A stretch of DNA of 64,000 nucleotides from Nocardioides sp. (GTDB lineage: Bacteria > Actinomycetota > Actinomycetes > Propionibacteriales > Nocardioidaceae), in assembly GCF_030655615.1 (NCBI RefSeq), contig NZ_JAURVJ010000029.1:1867-65866 (forward strand). The letters run 5' to 3'. How positions within the stretch are numbered: the stretch's first letter is position 1; every line of letters starts with the position of its first letter. The notes under the pieces were generated by a model. The model was not told the DNA's origin, did not search any database, and saw nothing but the letters and a program-made list of their open reading frames with translations. Below, piece after piece: positions 58,531 to 64,000 of the stretch. Position numbers and translations under genes: made by a program.

Positions 58531-58678
58531 TCACCCGAATGGGTGGGCCCTAGAGGGCCAGTTCGTCGACTGTTCAGTTGATCCTGTCGTAACCTCAGTC
58601 GGAGGTCGCGGGGACCTCAACTGCCATTCGTGGCAGCGGTCGGGGGGACTCGTGCGGATTGCGCCTGACAACGTACAC

Positions 58679-59794
58679 ATGACCAAAGAGACGCATACGG
58701 CCTTCTCGGATTACGCAGACGTGCTGCGTTTGGTTTCCATGGTTGGCGTCGTGCTCATTCACACACGCGTGGGCTCGTCAGGGGACGAATTGAAGTTCGG
58801 CGACGTTGCCCTCGATCAGGTTGCTAAGGCCTGCGACGGCGTCTTCTTCTTCGTCTCTGGCTATCTGTGGCAACGCGCTGATGGTTCTCGCCAGCCGGGT
58901 CGGTACTTGAAGCGACGGTTCTACGCGCTCATCACCCCGTACCTGTTCTGGACGGTCGCCCTCGCTTTCATTCTCGTAATGAGCAAGGCCAAGGACTCCG
59001 AACAGTTGCCATCGCCAGGTCACCTGCTTCACCAAATCTTTTTGGAGACCTCGTTCTGGTTCGTTCCACAACTGCTTGCGGGCCTTTGGGTTGCAGGGAT
59101 GCTCGTCAACCGCAATCACCACGTCGTTGGAGGTGTCGCGCTTCTGACGCTTACCTTGCTTTACGGAGTGAACCTTTACGTCGGCCTTCTCGACATCCCT
59201 CACACAGGCGCACCGCTCGGTTTCGCCGTGTTTGCTTTCGCCGGGATGCAGTGGTGCCGTCACGAGACCAAGTTTCGACAGCGACTACTCAAACACAGCG
59301 CGCCGGGCCTCACCGCCATCGTGATCGGCTGCTATCTCGCCGCTGTCGCCGAGGCTCGGTACTTGGGTACCGAAGATTCCCTACGAATCACGAACTCTCT
59401 GTACGGCTTTGTATTCCTAGCACTTTTCATGAACGTCGCATACCAGCGACGTCTTCAATGGAGAGAGACAATGCGTGGCTCGTCGTACGGCGTATACCTG
59501 ACGCACTTCCCCCTCCTCATTCTCCTGACCTCGGTCTTGGACCAGGTCCTGGGGAAGGAAGAAACGGCATATGGCTTCGGACCTGTGCAGCACTTCTTCG
59601 CACGCGTTGGCGCCGCTCTCCTAGTGTGGATGGCAGCCATGTGCGTCATCCGTATCGGTCACTGGGTCCATGCAGGTCGGATCGTGGGCGCCCCGTCGCG
59701 TCGGGCGCAAGCTACGGGGGCTCGGGGACGTCATGATGAGTCACCCGAAATGGCTGGTTCCGCCACCGCGAGGACGTCAGATCGGGTTGTGTAA
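58679..59794 (+). CDS. Acyltransferase family 3
   Basis: DVLRLVSMVGVVLIH, FFFVSGYL, KRRFYALITPYLFW, FWFVPQL, SYGVYLTH. Confidence 0.85.
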   Translation: MTKETHTAFSDYADVLRLVSMVGVVLIHTRVGSSGDELKFGDVALDQVAKACDGVFFFVSGYLWQRADGSRQPGRYLKRRFYALITPYLFWTVALAFILVMSKAKDSEQLPSPGHLLHQIFLETSFWFVPQLLAGLWVAGMLVNRNHHVVGGVALLTLTLLYGVNLYVGLLDIPHTGAPLGFAVFAFAGMQWCRHETKFRQRLLKHSAPGLTAIVIGCYLAAVAEARYLGTEDSLRITNSLYGFVFLALFMNVAYQRRLQWRETMRGSSYGVYLTHFPLLILLTSVLDQVLGKEETAYGFGPVQHFFARVGAALLVWMAAMCVIRIGHWVHAGRIVGAPSRRAQATGARGRHDESPEMAGSATARTSDRVV

Positions 59795-59805
59795 CAACTG
59801 ACGGG

Positions 59806-61542
59806 TTACGCCAGCGATATCTGTCGCCCGTCGAGTCCGTTGAAGTATGGCTTAGCCACTCGGTCGTACCAGCGGCGCTGCTCGATAGGGTTGACGAAGC
59901 TGTGCGCGATGTTGAGCCAGTGGACCTCACCCGCAAAGGACGAGTCGAGCCGCGGCTGCCCGCCTTGGTCACGTGATGCTCCCAGCAACCAGTCCACTTC
60001 TGGGTCCGCGACGGACTCGATGACTCCTCCGCCAACCGCTTCGCCACCAACGTAGGCCACGAACCGATCTGAGCCCGCGAGGGCACTCAGCGTGATGAGG
60101 TGGCTTCCCTGTGTGACGACCGATGAGACCTCTGTCGTCGCCGAGCCCATCGTGACAATCAGGCGCCCCGCGGCCGAGATGCCCACCTTGAATCCGCTAC
60201 CACCGTCGAAGCCCCGGCTGATGATGCTCCGTGTGGGGTGAGAAGCGTCCCCGCTTTGAGCAGCGCGGAGAACGAATCGAATGGTGACGTCGTCTCGGCC
60301 GAATAACAGTCGAGATCGAGACGCCGGCGGGGCCGCAACTTGGACCACCTGGCCGGACCCCCCGAACCCAAGGCCTCCGCCGGCGAGAACTTGGGGCGCA
60401 GAGAACCCCGATACAGGGGGGGCAAGTCCCAACGAGATGCGACCATCGGTGAACTCTGCGGATACCTCGATGAGGTTTCCGTCTACTCCGGTCGTTCCGT
60501 CGAGCGCTGCGACGGTCCCGCGTGCGAAGAGTGGCTCAGGCACGGAGATAGCGCGCGATGCGGGTCGCGCATCCTTGTCCTCCGACATCCGAAACGATGT
60601 TGTGCGCTTGTCGGCGCCAAGTGAGTCGACCCACTCGATGAAGGGACCTCTGATGTTCGGCGAGAGGAACTCGCCTCGCCCTGCCGGCGTCACGGCCGCT
60701 GCGGTGTAGGTGGACGGCCACATCGAGGCGAACGCCTCGCCGTATCGGGCAGCGCCAGTCTCGTTCGGGTGGGTGGCATCAGACTGGTAGAGCGTTGGGT
60801 CGATCCCCGTCCGTTCGGCGTTGGCCAAGGACTCCTCAATCGGAAAGACGACGGCCCCTGCACGAGCGCACGCGACGTAGACCGCGCGTCGATATCCCTG
60901 TGCCCAGGACGCATTCCAATAAGGGCCGTAGGCCAGGGGCGGGACCACCAAGACCGTGGCCGCGGACCGTCGCGCCGCCAGGTACGTCTTACGCATGTAC
61001 TCGCCGTATGTCTCGGGCGAGATCGTGCCGCCGTCGTTGAAGTTGATCTGCACTATGACGGCGTCGAGGTCGAAGGATCGGACCGCAGCCTCCGTGGACA
61101 TGATCTCAGGCGAGTTTCCACCAGCCCACAGCTGTCCCGACCGCGCCCCGCTGGCGCCCAAGTTGTGAACGGCTGATGAGGTGTTGCCGTACTTGGCCAA
61201 CACCTGCTTCCAACACTGCACCCCGGCGCCTTTGTCCATCGGCAGGCCGAAGCCCACGAAGGAACTGCTCGAAGAAACCCCGAGGTTAAGTGCCTCACCA
61301 TTCTTGAGCCGAGCCACCAACTCCCCCAAAGCGGCAGCGCGAGAGGAGGAGTTTGCTGCAGCTGTCGCGGCATCCGGCGCAGCCTCAGCGACCATGTAGG
61401 GAAGTGCAGACCACCGACGCTTGCCGTCGCCTACCTTGAAACCACTGGTGTCCGTCTCGTAGCCCGGCTCGCCGTCAGCCAGCAATGGGTCCGCCAGACG
61501 CCACTCCATGGCGGTTCCCCGCCGGACCTTGATGACCGTCAT
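59806..61542 (-). CDS. Mtd_N (phage tail-fibre-type) + SGNH hydrolase + C-terminal LamG/ConA-like domain
   Basis: IKVRRGTAMEW..ADPLLADGEPGYETDT..FKVGDG..RWSALPY; NLGASGA, INFND, DATHPN; C-terminal beta-rich region. Confidence 0.72.
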   Translation of the reverse strand: MTVIKVRRGTAMEWRLADPLLADGEPGYETDTSGFKVGDGKRRWSALPYMVAEAAPDAATAAANSSSRAAALGELVARLKNGEALNLGVSSSSSFVGFGLPMDKGAGVQCWKQVLAKYGNTSSAVHNLGASGARSGQLWAGGNSPEIMSTEAAVRSFDLDAVIVQINFNDGGTISPETYGEYMRKTYLAARRSAATVLVVPPLAYGPYWNASWAQGYRRAVYVACARAGAVVFPIEESLANAERTGIDPTLYQSDATHPNETGAARYGEAFASMWPSTYTAAAVTPAGRGEFLSPNIRGPFIEWVDSLGADKRTTSFRMSEDKDARPASRAISVPEPLFARGTVAALDGTTGVDGNLIEVSAEFTDGRISLGLAPPVSGFSAPQVLAGGGLGFGGSGQVVQVAAPPASRSRLLFGRDDVTIRFVLRAAQSGDASHPTRSIISRGFDGGSGFKVGISAAGRLIVTMGSATTEVSSVVTQGSHLITLSALAGSDRFVAYVGGEAVGGGVIESVADPEVDWLLGASRDQGGQPRLDSSFAGEVHWLNIAHSFVNPIEQRRWYDRVAKPYFNGLDGRQISLA

Positions 61543-61712
61543 ACTCGACGCTCGCTGATCGAACTCGGCGCGCCAGGCGGCGGTTCGGCGGTCCACGGCG
61601 TCCCGCCGTCAATAATGGCCTCAGCTGGATAGGTGCGTTCGTCGCCTAGTGGGGCGATCAATGCTCCAGTGCTCAACAGCGCTTTCAGGAGCCACCGTCG
61701 CGTTCCGGTCAC
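61539..61712 (-). CDS. 57-aa twin-arginine-like mini-protein with IDGGTP motif
   Basis: Hand translation [57 protein letters not shown]; GTGA overlap upstream, ATGA overlap downstream. Confidence 0.6.
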   Translation of the reverse strand: MTGTRRWLLKALLSTGALIAPLGDERTYPAEAIIDGGTPWTAEPPPGAPSSISERRV

Positions 61713-62116
61713 GGAGCGCCCCCGTCAATCGTGGCCGAGGGCGAGGAGGGGTCGGCGGGTCCGGCCGGACCAGGTAGCCCGGCTGGACCGGCTGGACCGG
61801 CGGGTCCGGCCGGCCCGGCCGGCCCTTCCGCTCCCGATGCGCCCTCTGGACCGCGAAGACCTGGTGCCCCCTGGGGGCCAATCAAGCCAGAGGGTCCACG
61901 AGGACCGACCGGCCCACGCCTCGCGATGCGGGTCAGCTTGGAGCCGCGCGGACAGGTGCCCCGGGCTGTCGGCGCGACCGCGATCGAGTCCGTGTTGACG
62001 CAGATACCGACCCCGATGGTCGCGCGTCGGGGTGGTTCGGCGACCGCAAGCGCACCCGCACTCAACGTCGCGACTCCGACGACTGCGGCGATAGCAATCT
62101 GTGCAGGCCCCCTCAT
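61709..62116 (-). CDS. Short secreted collagen-like protein ending IDGGAP
   Basis: Signal-like N-term; C..C loop; GPVGPRG...[10 protein letters not shown] triple-helix run. Confidence 0.75.
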   Translation of the reverse strand: MRGPAQIAIAAVVGVATLSAGALAVAEPPRRATIGVGICVNTDSIAVAPTARGTCPRGSKLTRIARRGPVGPRGPSGLIGPQGAPGLRGPEGASGAEGPAGPAGPAGPAGPAGLPGPAGPADPSSPSATIDGGAP

Positions 62117-62268
62117 GGGGATAACCTTGCCGCCGAACGCGCAGGCGTGCACCCGATTCTCGAACGAGCGGCTAAATCGGTCGCTTCGCCCGAACCCCGG
62201 AGTTGCGTCGGCGAGGAGACGACCCCCTACTCTGTTGGACGTTTGTTTCCGCCACTCCAGGAGTTCAC

Positions 62269-62886
62269 GTGGGACTGCGTTTCCGTCCGGTCGACACTGC
62301 GTTCTACGACCTCTTCACCGAGCAGGCCCAGCACCTGGTGACGGGAGCTGCCCTGCTGGCCGAGATGCTCGCCGAGACGTCCGACAACGCCGACGTCGCC
62401 ACGCGGATGCGCGCCGCCGAGCACGACGCCGACGAGACGACCCACGCCCTGGTGCGCCGCGTCAACAGCACCTTCGTGACGCCGTTCGACCGTGAGGACA
62501 TCTACGCCCTCGCCTCCGGGCTCGACGACGTCATGGACGAGATGGACGAGGTCGTCGACCTGATCCTGCTCTACGAGGTCAAGGTGCTGCCGGCCGAGCT
62601 GTCGCAGCAGGTCGAGGTGCTCCAGCGCTGCGCCGAGCTCACCGCGGAGGCAATGCCCAAGCTGTCGTCACCCCAGTCGCTCGAGGAGTACTGGATCGAG
62701 ATCAACCGGCTCGAGAACGCCGGCGACAAGAACCACCGCCGTACCCTCGCCCACCTCTTCTCCGGTGAGTTCAAGACCATCGAGGTGCTCAAGCTCAAGG
62801 ACATCGTCGAGTCGCTCGAGGCGGCCATCGACGCGTTCGAGAAGGTCGCCAACATCGTGGAGCAGATCGCGGTCAAGGAGAGCTGA
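62269..62886 (+). CDS. DUF47 phosphate-transport regulator (PhoU-like)
   Basis: [36 protein letters not shown]; AGGAG RBS. Confidence 0.92.
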   Translation: MGLRFRPVDTAFYDLFTEQAQHLVTGAALLAEMLAETSDNADVATRMRAAEHDADETTHALVRRVNSTFVTPFDREDIYALASGLDDVMDEMDEVVDLILLYEVKVLPAELSQQVEVLQRCAELTAEAMPKLSSPQSLEEYWIEINRLENAGDKNHRRTLAHLFSGEFKTIEVLKLKDIVESLEAAIDAFEKVANIVEQIAVKES

Positions 62887-62891
62887 GCCAG

Positions 62892-63896
62892 GTGTCCCTC
62901 ACCCTGGCGATCGTGATCGCCGTCGTCGTCATCGCGCTCGCGTTCGACTACACCAACGGCTTCCACGACGCGGCCAACGCCATCGCGACGTCGGTGTCCA
63001 CCCGGGCGCTGACGCCGCGGGTCGCGCTGATCCTCGCCGCGATCATGAACTTCGTCGGTGCCCTCCTCGGCCAGGAGATCGCCAACACCGTCAAGGACGT
63101 CATCTCGCCACCGGGTGACAACCAGGGCCTGATCATCGTGATGTCCGGGCTGCTCGGCGCCATCACGTGGAACCTCATCACCTGGTGGTTCGGCCTGCCG
63201 TCGTCCTCCTCGCACGCCCTCATCGGCGGGCTCGTGGGCGCGGCCATCGGCGGCGGCGCCGACGTCGACTGGGCCAAGATCGTCGAGAAGGTCCTCATCC
63301 CGATGGTCCTGTCGCCGCTGTTCGGCTTCTGCGCGGCGTTCGTCGTGATGCTGTCGATCATGTGGATCTTCCGCCGCAAGAACCCGCACAAGGTGATGCG
63401 CGGCTTCCGGATGATGCAGACCATCTCGGCCGCCGCCCTCGCCCTCGGCCACGGTCTCCAGGACGCGCAGAAGACGATGGGCGTCATCTTCCTGGCTCTG
63501 CTCACCGGCGGCTACGCCTCCGCCAACGACGACCTGCCGCTGTGGGTCGTCATCGCCGCCGCCTCCGCCATCTCCGCGGGCACGTACGCCGGCGGCTGGC
63601 GCATCATGCGCACCCTCGGTCGCAAGATCATCGACCTCGACCCCGCCCGCGGCTTCTCCGCCGAAGCCGTCGGCGCGAGCGTCCTCTACACGACCGCCTT
63701 CGTCTTCCACGCCCCCATCTCCACCACCCACACCATCACCTCGGCGGTCATGGGCGCCGGCGCCACCAAGCGCTTCTCCGCCGTCCGCTGGGGCGTCGCC
63801 CGCTCCATCCTGGCCGCCTGGATCCTGACCTTCCCCATGGCCGGCATCGTCGCGTGGCTCTGCTACGAGGTGCTCTCCCTTGTCATCCCCGTCTGA
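62892..63896 (+). CDS. pit: Inorganic phosphate transporter (PiT family)
   Basis: NGFHDAANAIAT, GLPSSSSHALIG, HGLQDAQK, GGWRIMRTLG, PISTTH. Confidence 0.95.
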   Translation: MSLTLAIVIAVVVIALAFDYTNGFHDAANAIATSVSTRALTPRVALILAAIMNFVGALLGQEIANTVKDVISPPGDNQGLIIVMSGLLGAITWNLITWWFGLPSSSSHALIGGLVGAAIGGGADVDWAKIVEKVLIPMVLSPLFGFCAAFVVMLSIMWIFRRKNPHKVMRGFRMMQTISAAALALGHGLQDAQKTMGVIFLALLTGGYASANDDLPLWVVIAAASAISAGTYAGGWRIMRTLGRKIIDLDPARGFSAEAVGASVLYTTAFVFHAPISTTHTITSAVMGAGATKRFSAVRWGVARSILAAWILTFPMAGIVAWLCYEVLSLVIPV

Positions 63897-63908
63897 GGGG
63901 CTGGCTAC

Positions 63909-63979
63909 GCCGCGGTAGTCCCCAACAAACGGGATAGTTGAACGGCTCCAGAATTCCGTTCGTTGGGGACTACCGCGGC
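63909..63979. repeat. 24-bp inverted repeat with 23-nt spacer after pit (terminator or MITE-like)
   Basis: GCCGCGGTAGTCCCCAACAAACGG ... CCGTTCGTTGGGGACTACCGCGGC (one mismatch). Confidence 0.75.
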
Positions 63980-64000
63980 TCGGCAACCACTCACGCCGGC

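Larger units (their letters stand above)
58560..62200. other. Lower-GC accessory islet between ppk1 and DUF47/pit
   Basis: A/T-ending codons in all islet genes, contrasting with ppk1 and pit (by eye); no integrase seen. Confidence 0.6.

Noticed and set aside
58560-62200. Prophage
   Set aside because: Only tail-fibre-like motifs; no integrase, terminase, capsid, portal or lysis genes
1-64000. tRNA/rRNA genes
   Set aside because: No cloverleaf or rRNA signature recognised; intergenic gaps are short or explained by repeats

Overview
High-GC actinobacterial DNA, Nocardioides-like by gene content and repeats (inference). A core block (asparaginase II, fur, nitrobindin, dtd, sseC/sulfurtransferase/DUF4395, thioredoxin, moaD, glnR, ygfZ, mshD, ppk1, DUF47/pit) is broken up by accessory cell-surface loci. 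These are: (A) a high-GC Wzx/Wzy polysaccharide cluster (1-8.3 kb); a sulfate-activation group containing a pseudo-ATP-sulfurylase/APS-kinase/LMW-PTP fusion, tauE, manA and cysDN (10-17 kb); (B) a visibly lower-GC glycan island with gmd/fcl and two FkbM methyltransferases, starting at a duplicated cysN 3' end with decayed IS481/IS30 remnants (17-33 kb); (C) a gmd/wzc/wzb cassette (40.7-46 kb); and (D) a low-GC islet with an acyltransferase, a phage-tail-like Mtd_N-SGNH protein, a collagen-like protein and a 57-aa twin-arginine mini-ORF (58.6-62.2 kb). The best candidate novel system lies in cassette C: a translationally coupled HprK-like kinase + two PqqD/RRE-like proteins + nucleotidyltransferase operon with no cyclase, peptidase or adjacent precursor. 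Two secreted proteins with RR...WxxP leaders beside the glycan clusters are plausible substrates (inference). Also found by eye: a leaderless Cys-containing leader peptide and REP-like elements inserted in-frame in two genes. No rRNA, tRNA or CRISPR array was recognised. All family assignments are by motif recognition; no database searches were run.
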